This document shows, piece after piece, positions 7,658 through 16,143 of a DNA stretch of 18,311 nt. How positions within the stretch are numbered: position 1 is the stretch's first letter; every line of letters begins with the position of its first letter. The translations under genes and the position numbers were made by a program. Below the pieces are notes generated by a model. That model made no database searches. It was given only the letters and a program-made list of their open reading frames with translations, and was not told the origin of the DNA. The DNA comes from Candidatus Thorarchaeota archaeon (GTDB lineage Archaea > Asgardarchaeota > Thorarchaeia > Thorarchaeales > Thorarchaeaceae), in the NCBI GenBank assembly GCA_048882385.1, contig JBHLRQ010000064.1, forward strand, positions 1 through 18,311, read 5' to 3'.

Positions 7658-9955
7658 GTGGAAAGACAAATGGAACAAGAGGTTCAAGAGAATTCAGATA
7701 ACAAGCTTAGCCAAGAAGAAGAGGCATTCAGGTACAGAGCCATAGTCGAATCAATGAATGATGGTCTTGGTATTATCAATGATAAAGGCATTTTCACTTA
7801 TGTTAATCCAAAATTCGCTCAGATGCTTGCGTATCTGCCATCTCAAATGATTGGTAAACCACTTACAAATTTCGTTAACGAGCTAAACAAGAAAATAATT
7901 CGAGAAAACATCAGAAAGAGGTCTATGGGAGAAGCTACTCACTACGAACTTGAGTGGACCACAAGCCGAGGAGAGCAGATTCCAACAATAGTTTCAGGAG
8001 CCCCAATGATAGATGAAAAAGGGAATCACAGAGGATCATTTGCTGTCATCACTGATATCTCCGAGCTAAAAGAGTCAAGGATTGCTCTAGAAGAAAACAC
8101 AGAAATGATGCGCCGAATTTTCGAGGAGTCTCAAGTTGGAATCGAAATTTTCGATGAGAATGGAGTTCTAGTATCAATAAACCAAGCCGCGTTGGACATC
8201 TTCGGACTCTCAGATAGAGAAGACGCCATTGGCTTCAGTTTGTTCGATGACCCAAATGTTCCTAATGAAATCAAGGCAAAACTAATCCGGGGTGAAGCTG
8301 TTCACTTTGAGAATCTCTTTGACTTTGATATTGTCAAGGAATACGGATTCTATCCGTCCAGTAGAGACGGAACAGTTGTTCTTGATACATTCGCAACTCC
8401 ATTAGGACTCGAGAATGGTGGAGAACTACGTGGATATCTCATGCAAATACTTGAAAGGACTGAGGAGAGACTCACTGAAGCTGCGCTTGTAGATACTGAA
8501 CAGAAATACAAACTACTTGCAGAAAATGTGACTGATATTATCTTCACATCAGATCTCGAGCTGAATATTACGTACTTAAGTCCCTCAGTTGAGTTGTTGC
8601 TTGGATATACAGCAGATGAACTTCAGGATCAATCCATTATTGAACTTATGTCACCAGAATCAGTATGGGTTGCCATTGAAGCAGTAAAAACAGCTCTCGA
8701 AGAGGAGAAAACTGCAGACCAGACTTTAACAAGAGGAGAATCTCCCCCATTAACGATTCAATTGAAAAGAAAAGATGGATCTACAATCTGGGTCGAGGTT
8801 GCTCGTACATTCATGAGAGATGAAACCAGCAAACCAACCGGAATCTTGGGTGTCGCAAGAAATATCGAAGAACGAAGAGCTGCTGAAAAAGCACTCAGAG
8901 ATTCGGAGCTGAAATACAGGACACTAATCGACCAGTCTTTCCAAGGTTTTATGATAATTCAGGTTTTGCCATTGCAAGTCAAATTCTGCAATCCTGCTTT
9001 TGCTAATTTCCTTGAACATACAGTTGAAGAAGTGCTTGAATTCTCTTCGGCAGATATTCAAAAAATGATTCATCCTGAAGACTGGGAAGCTGTGATGGTT
9101 AGATTGCAGGAACTAATGGCTGGTGAGCCTCCAGCTGTAATTCCAATGATTATCCGAGTTTTTCAAAAAGACGGAGATATGCAGTATCTGGAAATGTTCG
9201 GAAGACGTGTTGAATTCGAAGGTAGTCCTGCCTTACAACTTGTAGCAATCAATGTCACTGAACGTTTGGATGCTGAAAGGCACATACAAACTCAGAAAGA
9301 GAGAGCAATGCTATATCTTGATCTTATGAGCCATGATTTCAGAAACCAACTACAGATTATCCTCGGAAGCACGATGGTAATGGAAGCGACTCTTCAGGAC
9401 CCAGAAGCAAGACGGTTACTAGGACAGATTGTTTCGTCAGTCGAAAGGTGTCAGAGTATGATATCAAAGGTGAAAGTAACCGAACCTCTAATGTCGGTTC
9501 CATTGAGACCACGAAATCTGAATCAGGCAATTGATGCACTGGTTAAGTCTCAAATGAGCCAACACAGAGATGTTTCGTTTGACGCTAATTTGATTCCGAT
9601 GGATGCTATTGTTGATGCAGACCAATTTCTTGAACAGTTGATCGATAATCTCATAGAAAATGCGATTCAACACAATCCTCGGTCAGAGAGAAAAGTCTGG
9701 ATTAAACTGATTGAAAGTGGCGATGGATATGAGATATCTATTGGAGACAATGGTCACGGAATCTCAAGTTCATTGAAAAGCGCAATATTTGACATTTCTA
9801 GAAGATATGGAGGAGTAGGGTTGCATCAGGCTAAGCAGATATGTGACAAATATGGCGGACGCATTGACACAAGAGACCGTGTGCCAGGAAAGCCGAACCA
9901 AGGAGTGGAATTTGTGATTTGGCTTCCTAAAACAAGAGAATCAAATGGAACGTAG
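7658..9955 (+). CDS. Soluble sensor histidine kinase with four PAS domains, HisKA and HATPase
   Basis: Four PAS repeats, intact H-box MSHDFRN (His codon 9332-9334), N-box NLIENAIQH, G1 DNGHG and G2 GVGL. No transmembrane helices. The start may be ATG 7670. Confidence 0.93.
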   Translation: MERQMEQEVQENSDNKLSQEEEAFRYRAIVESMNDGLGIINDKGIFTYVNPKFAQMLAYLPSQMIGKPLTNFVNELNKKIIRENIRKRSMGEATHYELEWTTSRGEQIPTIVSGAPMIDEKGNHRGSFAVITDISELKESRIALEENTEMMRRIFEESQVGIEIFDENGVLVSINQAALDIFGLSDREDAIGFSLFDDPNVPNEIKAKLIRGEAVHFENLFDFDIVKEYGFYPSSRDGTVVLDTFATPLGLENGGELRGYLMQILERTEERLTEAALVDTEQKYKLLAENVTDIIFTSDLELNITYLSPSVELLLGYTADELQDQSIIELMSPESVWVAIEAVKTALEEEKTADQTLTRGESPPLTIQLKRKDGSTIWVEVARTFMRDETSKPTGILGVARNIEERRAAEKALRDSELKYRTLIDQSFQGFMIIQVLPLQVKFCNPAFANFLEHTVEEVLEFSSADIQKMIHPEDWEAVMVRLQELMAGEPPAVIPMIIRVFQKDGDMQYLEMFGRRVEFEGSPALQLVAINVTERLDAERHIQTQKERAMLYLDLMSHDFRNQLQIILGSTMVMEATLQDPEARRLLGQIVSSVERCQSMISKVKVTEPLMSVPLRPRNLNQAIDALVKSQMSQHRDVSFDANLIPMDAIVDADQFLEQLIDNLIENAIQHNPRSERKVWIKLIESGDGYEISIGDNGHGISSSLKSAIFDISRRYGGVGLHQAKQICDKYGGRIDTRDRVPGKPNQGVEFVIWLPKTRESNGT

Positions 9956-9960
9956 AATCA

Positions 9961-10908
9961 TCAAGAATATTTCTCAAAGAAATCGGATAAATCTACATTT
10001 CCTCCACTCAAGATTATTCCAACTCGTTTTCCTGATATTTCGTTCTTTAGTTTAAGAAAACCCGCAAGTGAAACTGCACCAGAAGGTTCTACTACTAACT
10101 TCATTCTTTCCCACAAAAAGCGCATAGCCTTTACAATTTCATTCTCAGATACTGTTATTATATCATCAACGTTGTTTTGGATAATCGAGAAGGTTAGCTC
10201 ACTTAGTTGTGTTCTCAAACCATCCGCAATAGTATCAGGATATACACTTGGGTAGATCTTGCCTTCTCTGAAAGATCGAAATGCATCGTCTGCTTTTTCA
10301 GGTTCTACTGCAATCACTGTTGCATTAGGACATAGACCTTTAGTGGCGATGGAAGTACCACTGATGAGACCTCCGCCCCCAACTGGTGCAAACATATAAT
10401 CAAGACAACCTATATCCTCTATCAATTCCAAAGCTGAAGTTCCTGCGCCTGCAATAATTCGTTCATCATCATATGGATGAATAAGAGTATAGCCATGCTT
10501 CTCAATCAATTCATTTGCGACACTTACTCGAGCTTCCGCAGAATTCTCGCAGAATACAATATTAGCACCATAATCCCTTGTTGCTTCTAACTTGACCTCG
10601 GGAGAATTTCTGGGCATGACAATTGTAGCTTTAACACCCTCCATGGAAGCAGCTAATGCCAAGGCTTGTGCATGATTACCTGAAGAGTGAGCGATTACTC
10701 CACGTTCACGTTCACTCTCTGACAAAAGAGATACCGTATTCAATGCCCCTCTGAATTTAAACGCACCAACTCTTTGATAATTCTCGCACTTCAAGAAGAC
10801 TTGACAACCTGTATTCCTATCAAGTGTTGTAGATGTCATTATGGGAGTTCGAATTATGCGATCACGAATACGGTCATGAGCATCTTGTATTTCTTGAAGG
10901 TCGACCAT
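9961..10908 (-). CDS. Fold-type II PLP enzyme, serine racemase / threonine-serine dehydratase family, with no regulatory ACT domain
   Basis: KCENYQRVGAFKFRGA (PLP lysine), HSSGNHAQA, PVGGGGL, TIADG, EPSGA and SGGN. Confidence 0.92.
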   Translation of the reverse strand: MVDLQEIQDAHDRIRDRIIRTPIMTSTTLDRNTGCQVFLKCENYQRVGAFKFRGALNTVSLLSESERERGVIAHSSGNHAQALALAASMEGVKATIVMPRNSPEVKLEATRDYGANIVFCENSAEARVSVANELIEKHGYTLIHPYDDERIIAGAGTSALELIEDIGCLDYMFAPVGGGGLISGTSIATKGLCPNATVIAVEPEKADDAFRSFREGKIYPSVYPDTIADGLRTQLSELTFSIIQNNVDDIITVSENEIVKAMRFLWERMKLVVEPSGAVSLAGFLKLKNEISGKRVGIILSGGNVDLSDFFEKYS

Positions 10909-10972
10909 ATCCTAGGGAAAGACCTAGGATAGAAAAGGATTACTCGAAATCCTTAAAGCTAGGAGGTCTCCT
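10908..10972. repeat. Three consecutive inverted repeats in a divergent intergenic region
   Basis: TATCCTAGG-N6-CCTAGGATA (10908-10931), AAGGATT-N6-AATCCTT (10935-10954) and AGGAG-GT-CTCCT (10961-10972). Confidence 0.6.
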
Positions 10973-10974
10973 TT

Positions 10975-11481
10975 TTGAAGAGGATTGTGATGAGAGGAAT
11001 TCGACGTAAAGAGAAAGAAATCAAAAACAGCGACGAGATGATATCAATCCTCATGTCTGCAAAATATATCACCATAGCTATGAGTATCAATGATGAACCA
11101 TATCTGGTAACTTTGAGCCATGGCTTTGACAGAGAAAACAACTGTATCTATTTTCATTGTGCTCAAGAAGGAAAGAAAGTCGATATTCTCAGGAAGAACA
11201 ATGTTGTTTGGGGACAAGCTATTGAAGATCATGGATATGCTGATGGTTCCTGCGACCATCTGTATGCAACCACCCAGTTCAGAGGGCGGGTTGTTTTCAT
11301 CAGTAAAGCCGAAGAGAAGAAACATGCGTTATCTACTATGATTCATCAGCTCGAGTCAAACCCTGATAAGGTGTTTGAGGAGCAAGTAACAGATGAATCG
11401 ATGAATCGCGTCAACATTGGAAAAATCATCATCGATTATATGAGTGGCAAGAAAGCAAAGGAAGTCATAATTTCACTGTGA
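10975..11481 (+). CDS. Pyridoxamine 5'-phosphate oxidase-like (NimA-type) flavin-binding split-barrel protein
   Basis: RRKEKEI N-terminus, EPYLVTLSHG, IYFHCAQEGKK and C-terminal MSGKK typical of this family. The real start is probably ATG 10990. Confidence 0.87.
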   Translation: MKRIVMRGIRRKEKEIKNSDEMISILMSAKYITIAMSINDEPYLVTLSHGFDRENNCIYFHCAQEGKKVDILRKNNVVWGQAIEDHGYADGSCDHLYATTQFRGRVVFISKAEEKKHALSTMIHQLESNPDKVFEEQVTDESMNRVNIGKIIIDYMSGKKAKEVIISL

Positions 11482-11877
11482 GTAGTCTTTAGATAGTTGA
11501 GTAAGAAGCTCTATTGTTTTCCGTACATCTGTGAATGGAACAAACAAATGATCATGATAGTAAGCAGAAACAACATTTACACTTACACCAGCTTTTGCTA
11601 GGTATTGTGTGACTTTTGCAAGAAACCCTACTGCAGCCAGGTCAGAATGAACAGACAATGTTACAAGACCCCAGGTCGTATCGAACTCTAGCTGATGTGA
11701 TTCAGCTGCACTGCGAGATATCACAATGGTTAATCCTTCTGCTTCCCTGAATGATAGAAGAGGAGGAGCTTCAAGGATTATTCTTTTTTCATCTATTGAA
11801 CAAAAGACAAACTCGCCAGGTATCTGAATTGGTTTCATATTCTTGAGAAGAAACCCAAGATCTTTACTACCAGCCAT
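11473..11877 (-). CDS. ACT-domain protein (ACT_3/ACT_7, DUF2241/CASTOR-like)
   Basis: MAG.KDL..LL..MKP, GEFVFCS, FREAEGLT, LSVHSDLAAVGFLA and NVVSAYYHDHLFVP. Confidence 0.88.
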   Translation of the reverse strand: MAGSKDLGFLLKNMKPIQIPGEFVFCSIDEKRIILEAPPLLSFREAEGLTIVISRSAAESHQLEFDTTWGLVTLSVHSDLAAVGFLAKVTQYLAKAGVSVNVVSAYYHDHLFVPFTDVRKTIELLTQLSKDYSQ

Positions 11878-11890
11878 TAGAATTCACACA

Positions 11891-12403
11891 TCATTTCTTA
11901 GATCCATACTTTTCCCAAGAAACTAGATCTTCCAATGGAAATCGTGTACTAGTGCGTTCCTGATCACCATGGCCTAACGAGATTGAACAAACCACTCGTA
12001 GATCTTCTGGAATGTCAAGAGCTTCACGGAACTTAGGTTCATAGCCTGTATCTCTAACTCCCATCCAGCAAGTTGCTAGACCAAGAGAGCGAGCAGCCAA
12101 CAACATGTTCTGAACTGCTTGATGAGGATCTGCAAGATAGTAGCGGTGATGTTTCTTGGGATCGCCAAGTACTACAATGACAATTGGGGACTCTCTCATG
12201 AAACGTCCATAATCATGGATCCCTGCAAGCTTTTCCCGCATATTGGTGTCCTTAATTACAATGAAATGCCAAGGTTGTTTATTCGATGCAGATGGTGCCC
12301 ATCGACCTGCTTCAAGAATTGTGTTTAGAGATTCATCATCCACAGCATCTGAGCGATACTTTCTGATGCTCCTTCTCTCTCGGATTGTCTTTAAAGTATC
12401 CAT
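11891..12403 (-). CDS. Nitroreductase family protein
   Basis: RRSIRKY, APSASNKQPWHF and QNMLLAARSLGLATCW. Confidence 0.94.
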   Translation of the reverse strand: MDTLKTIRERRSIRKYRSDAVDDESLNTILEAGRWAPSASNKQPWHFIVIKDTNMREKLAGIHDYGRFMRESPIVIVVLGDPKKHHRYYLADPHQAVQNMLLAARSLGLATCWMGVRDTGYEPKFREALDIPEDLRVVCSISLGHGDQERTSTRFPLEDLVSWEKYGSKK

Positions 12404-12423
12404 AATTTATTCTAAGTCTGCAG

Positions 12424-12482
12424 TTCCTTTTAGTTTTGACCCAAAGGACTAATTTTGCGCCTTACAGTCAACCTAAAAGGGA
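12424..12482. promoter_or_regulatory. Imperfect inverted repeat between the divergent nitroreductase and eutA genes
   Basis: CCTTTTAG-tt-TTGAC (12426-12440) and GTCAA-c-CTAAAAGG (12467-12480). The same motif therefore faces each gene. Confidence 0.45.
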
Positions 12483-12497
12483 GTCAACAACCGCAGT

Positions 12498-13958
12498 GTG
12501 AACACGGTGAACACAACAATGATTGTCAAGACAAGGCGTAAGGAACTTACTAGTGTGGGTGTCGATATTGGCTCATCGACATCTCATGTTGTGTTCAGCC
12601 AGATTGTATTGGAAAAGAATGAAAAATCAAGGACTGAAAAATTCGAGATTAAAGAAAGGAAGATACTCTACTCAGGTCCAATTCATTTGACTCCTTTCAA
12701 AGATCCAGACAATGTAGATTTCTTTGCATTAAGAGACCTACTACTTACAGACTACAGAAATGCAGGACTCTCAATAACTGACATAGATACAGGAGCAGTG
12801 ATAATTACAGGAGAAACTGCACGAAAAGAGAATGCAGAATGGATTGTCAGCGAACTCGCTGGAGAAGTTGGGAAGTTTGTTGCTGCGACTGCAGGACCAA
12901 ATTTCGAAAGTGTACTTGCTGCGTATGGTTCAGGTGCTGTTTCACGATCAGCTGAAACTGGTGAAACTATCATGAACGTTGATATTGGCGGAGGTTCATC
13001 GAACATTGCTATCTGCAAAGATGGACGAGTGGTTGCTACAACTGCTATAAATGTGGGAGGCCGTCTCGTTGCATTCGATGATGATGGTAGCATTGTTCGT
13101 CTAGAAAATACTGGAAGAAAACTTGGAGAACTAGTCTGTTGCAACCTTGAACTCGGTCAATCCCTCGATGAAGCACACAAACGTGTGTTAGCTGATGCGT
13201 TAGCCGGAGCATTGATTGAATGCATCCAAGGCAAACAAGATTCTAGAATTACTTCAATGCTCATGATGGCAGCTCCTCTCGATTACCATGAGCCAATTGA
13301 TTGCATTACTTTCTCTGGTGGAGTTGCAGAGTTCCTTTACAATATAGAAGATAGACAATTCAATGATCTTGGAGTTTACCTAGCCAATTCGATTAGGGAG
13401 AAGACTGATACTCTCAATCTTCCAATTGAAAAACCAGAGCATCGAATTCGAGCAACAGTGATTGGCGCAGGTAATTTTAGTCTACAGGTAAGTGGTTCAA
13501 CAACATTCCTTTCCTCAGGTCTTGAGTATCCACTCAGAAATCTGCCAGTTGTTGTTCCCCACATAAAAACAAGACAGGCGCCTGCTGAGGAAGTGAAGCA
13601 AGCAGTTATGAATGCCATATCCAGATTTGATCTAAAGGAAGGAGAAGATCCACTGATTCTTGCGTTTAACGGTTCTGTTCGACCCTCCTATGAGAATCTA
13701 AGACAGTTTGCCATAGGTGTCATACAGGCACTCCCAAACACTATCAAGAATCAGGCACCGATCTTCATGTGTTTTGACGCAGATATTGGGAACAGTGTTG
13801 GAAACGTCATGAAAAGAGAAACCGGTGTGACAAACGAAATCCTCTCCATAGATGAAATCCATGTGAAAGAAGGGGACTTCCTCGATATTGGTGAGCCAAT
13901 CATTGAAGATGTAGTTGTTCCTGTTGTCATCAAAACACTAGTTTTTGACTCAGATTGA
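12498..13958 (+). CDS. eutA: Ethanolamine ammonia-lyase reactivating factor EutA family (ASKHA/actin-like ATPase fold)
   Basis: SVGVDIGSSTSH, GAVIITGETARKENA, FVAATAGPNFES, DIGGGSSN, NVGGRL, FSGGV, IRATVIGAG, QVSGST and PVVIKTLVF. The likely start is ATG 12519, with GGTGA at 12506-12510. Confidence 0.92.
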   Translation: MNTVNTTMIVKTRRKELTSVGVDIGSSTSHVVFSQIVLEKNEKSRTEKFEIKERKILYSGPIHLTPFKDPDNVDFFALRDLLLTDYRNAGLSITDIDTGAVIITGETARKENAEWIVSELAGEVGKFVAATAGPNFESVLAAYGSGAVSRSAETGETIMNVDIGGGSSNIAICKDGRVVATTAINVGGRLVAFDDDGSIVRLENTGRKLGELVCCNLELGQSLDEAHKRVLADALAGALIECIQGKQDSRITSMLMMAAPLDYHEPIDCITFSGGVAEFLYNIEDRQFNDLGVYLANSIREKTDTLNLPIEKPEHRIRATVIGAGNFSLQVSGSTTFLSSGLEYPLRNLPVVVPHIKTRQAPAEEVKQAVMNAISRFDLKEGEDPLILAFNGSVRPSYENLRQFAIGVIQALPNTIKNQAPIFMCFDADIGNSVGNVMKRETGVTNEILSIDEIHVKEGDFLDIGEPIIEDVVVPVVIKTLVFDSD

Positions 13959-13962
13959 TATT

Positions 13963-15108
13963 CTAATGTCTTCTCAGTCTTCGAAATTGCGACATAATCA
14001 TGTATGTTATTGGCACCTTGATTCCTGGTTCCATTTGTGGTGGAGGTGGCTTCTCTGATTCATACCACATTTTATGTTCTTCATCATCCCAAATCTCCTC
14101 TGTAAGGGGAGGACTTTTGTCACGCCACACATATAGAAAACCCAACAGTGCAAAAGCTGGAACCGGTGTTACTGCTATATAGTATCCTGTGGTGACCCAT
14201 CCAAATATCGACATTAATGCCACTGGTGCAATTTCTACAAGTAGCCCAACTGAGATTAATCTGGATTTTGGAATTCTTCTATCCTTGAATCGATAGATAT
14301 CTCTAACAAAGAAATATCTTAGAGAGAAAATCAAAGCTATGACAGGCAAAATGTACATAGGAATGATTGTTAGAGTAACGGTAGAGTAAGGAAACGGAAG
14401 AATAGCTTCTCTTATCAAAAAGTTTGTGTAGACTATTGCACTATAGAGCGGTGAGATGAAGTCCAAACTCCAATATTGGTAATTCATTATTGGAGAAAGT
14501 AGTAAACCAAACCATAGTATCAAAGGTAGGAATCTTTGTTTACCAATCTGGTCTTTGAAAACCCTCGACAAATAGGAATAAGAAAGAGTTCTCTGATTAA
14601 GGGGAACACTCCGAATTACTAGTTCTCGTTTAAGTATTGGCCAAATAATAAAAAGTGGAATTGCCAGAGTCGGTACTGAATTCATAGCGTTGGAGGTTAT
14701 TTCAAAATACATGTACGGATCAACAACACCAGGCATGAAAGCTATGATATAAATGAGAAATGAACTTCCAAATGAGAAAAGCCACGTTCCGACAGCAGAG
14801 GCAATAGCTTTTCTTTTCATTGAAGAAGATATTGGTGCTGCTTTGATTTTCCTGTCAAAATAGATAGCTGGAAGCATCAGGAAAATGGCAAATATTATTG
14901 AGAATGTTGGAATATGCCAATCGAATTGGATAGGACTAGATTGAAGGGAAAAGCTGAAAGAAAGAGACGTCCATATTAATAGAAAGAAGCTGCTTGATGT
15001 CCAGACTCCTCCTGTATCCAATATGAGATACAATGGAAATATGAGTAGGATGATCATTTTAAGAATAGTACCTCTCCAACTCACTTTTTCGAATGTATCT
15101 TCGATCAT
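13963..15108 (-). CDS. Hypothetical multi-pass membrane protein
   Basis: 381 aa ORF with about 9-10 hydrophobic segments and a soluble acidic, Pro-rich tail. It fills the gap between eutA and mscS. I recognise no family. Confidence 0.75.
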   Translation of the reverse strand: MIEDTFEKVSWRGTILKMIILLIFPLYLILDTGGVWTSSSFFLLIWTSLSFSFSLQSSPIQFDWHIPTFSIIFAIFLMLPAIYFDRKIKAAPISSSMKRKAIASAVGTWLFSFGSSFLIYIIAFMPGVVDPYMYFEITSNAMNSVPTLAIPLFIIWPILKRELVIRSVPLNQRTLSYSYLSRVFKDQIGKQRFLPLILWFGLLLSPIMNYQYWSLDFISPLYSAIVYTNFLIREAILPFPYSTVTLTIIPMYILPVIALIFSLRYFFVRDIYRFKDRRIPKSRLISVGLLVEIAPVALMSIFGWVTTGYYIAVTPVPAFALLGFLYVWRDKSPPLTEEIWDDEEHKMWYESEKPPPPQMEPGIKVPITYMIMSQFRRLRRH

Positions 15109-15229
15109 CTCAACCTAGTTTAACATGAGACAAATCCCTATTAATAGTACGCAGATTATAGCAATTGCACCAAGTTGCTATTGGTATCATTCATATACTG
15201 GAGAACATAACTTTGCCAAGGAACCAACC

Positions 15230-16141
15230 ATGCAAATAACAACCCCTCCCGGATTCTTTGAAGACCCAGTTGGATTTATTCAGTTCTATTGGGAAGCATT
15301 GTGGCCTTACATACTGCTTATAATATCACTCATTGTTCTAATGCTAATTTATCTCGTAGTCACAAGTTTGACCAGGAGATCTCTGCGCACGATAGGGATG
15401 GGACCAGAAGCAGCCACAGGAATCGTCATGGTCCTAAGGCTCATTTTCTTCATTGCTGCAGTAATGATTGTGGTAAGTGCGTTTCAAACAAATCTGACCA
15501 CAATTCTTTCACTCACTGCAATTTTCGGAACAGCCCTGGGTCTTGCTTTCTCTCAAGCTCTTGGAAATATTGTAAGTGGTCTGTACGTTCTTACAGCAAG
15601 ACCGTTTCGAGTAGGCGATTATGTCCGCATTGGAACTGTAGAGGGTGTTGTGAGAGAGGTCACGTTGAACTACACAAGAGTTCTAATGCCAGATGAGTCT
15701 ATTCAGCTTGTTCCAAATAGTAAAGTGGTTGGTAGCGAGGTTACTAATTTTAGGATTAATGTCGAGGAACTTATCGAATCTAGAGAAGAAGAAGTGCAAA
15801 TGTCAATAGAGGAGGGGAAGGGTGTTTCGTATATCAGAAAAATCGACAATGCATTGGACAGACTCAAAGATATGGCAACCGATATCATAGCTTTTAGATA
15901 CTTATTTGATCTAACGATTCACATGAACCATGATCATAAAGCAATGAGAAAACACTTCGACAAAGTTTGCAAAGAATATGAATCGATTTTCCTTGATAAA
16001 CCAACTTACATGGTCTGGGCAAAACCAAATGCTGCTGTCACGTATCGATTTGCATTTATCACCGAGGATCCAATGGTTATCCTCCATAAGAGTAATGAGT
16101 TCATGAACGACTTGCTTGGCCTATATATGGAAGGTAAGTAA
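15230..16141 (+). CDS. mscS: Small-conductance mechanosensitive channel (MscS family)
   Basis: Three TM helices, GTALGLAFSQALGNIVSGL, RPFRVGDYV, GVVREV and VPNS. The ORF is open from 15125, but ATG 15230 gives a more typical N-terminus. Confidence 0.87.
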   Translation: MQITTPPGFFEDPVGFIQFYWEALWPYILLIISLIVLMLIYLVVTSLTRRSLRTIGMGPEAATGIVMVLRLIFFIAAVMIVVSAFQTNLTTILSLTAIFGTALGLAFSQALGNIVSGLYVLTARPFRVGDYVRIGTVEGVVREVTLNYTRVLMPDESIQLVPNSKVVGSEVTNFRINVEELIESREEEVQMSIEEGKGVSYIRKIDNALDRLKDMATDIIAFRYLFDLTIHMNHDHKAMRKHFDKVCKEYESIFLDKPTYMVWAKPNAAVTYRFAFITEDPMVILHKSNEFMNDLLGLYMEGK

Positions 16142-16143
16142 AC

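Noticed and set aside
12498-12515. Short direct repeat GTGAACAC x2
   Set aside because: Only two 8-bp copies, overlapping the probable Shine-Dalgarno; not a CRISPR or meaningful tandem array.
12404-12518. Possible cobalamin riboswitch upstream of eutA
   Set aside because: The region is too short and has no recognisable B12-box; only an imperfect inverted repeat is visible.
15158-15181. Inverted repeat ATAGCAA-N10-TTGCTAT upstream of mscS
   Set aside because: A single AT-rich 7-bp repeat is compatible with chance and has no supporting context.
15289-15696. 135 aa Cys/His-rich alternative-frame ORF inside mscS
   Set aside because: Its composition is explained by off-frame reading of hydrophobic codons, with no coherent metal-binding spacing.
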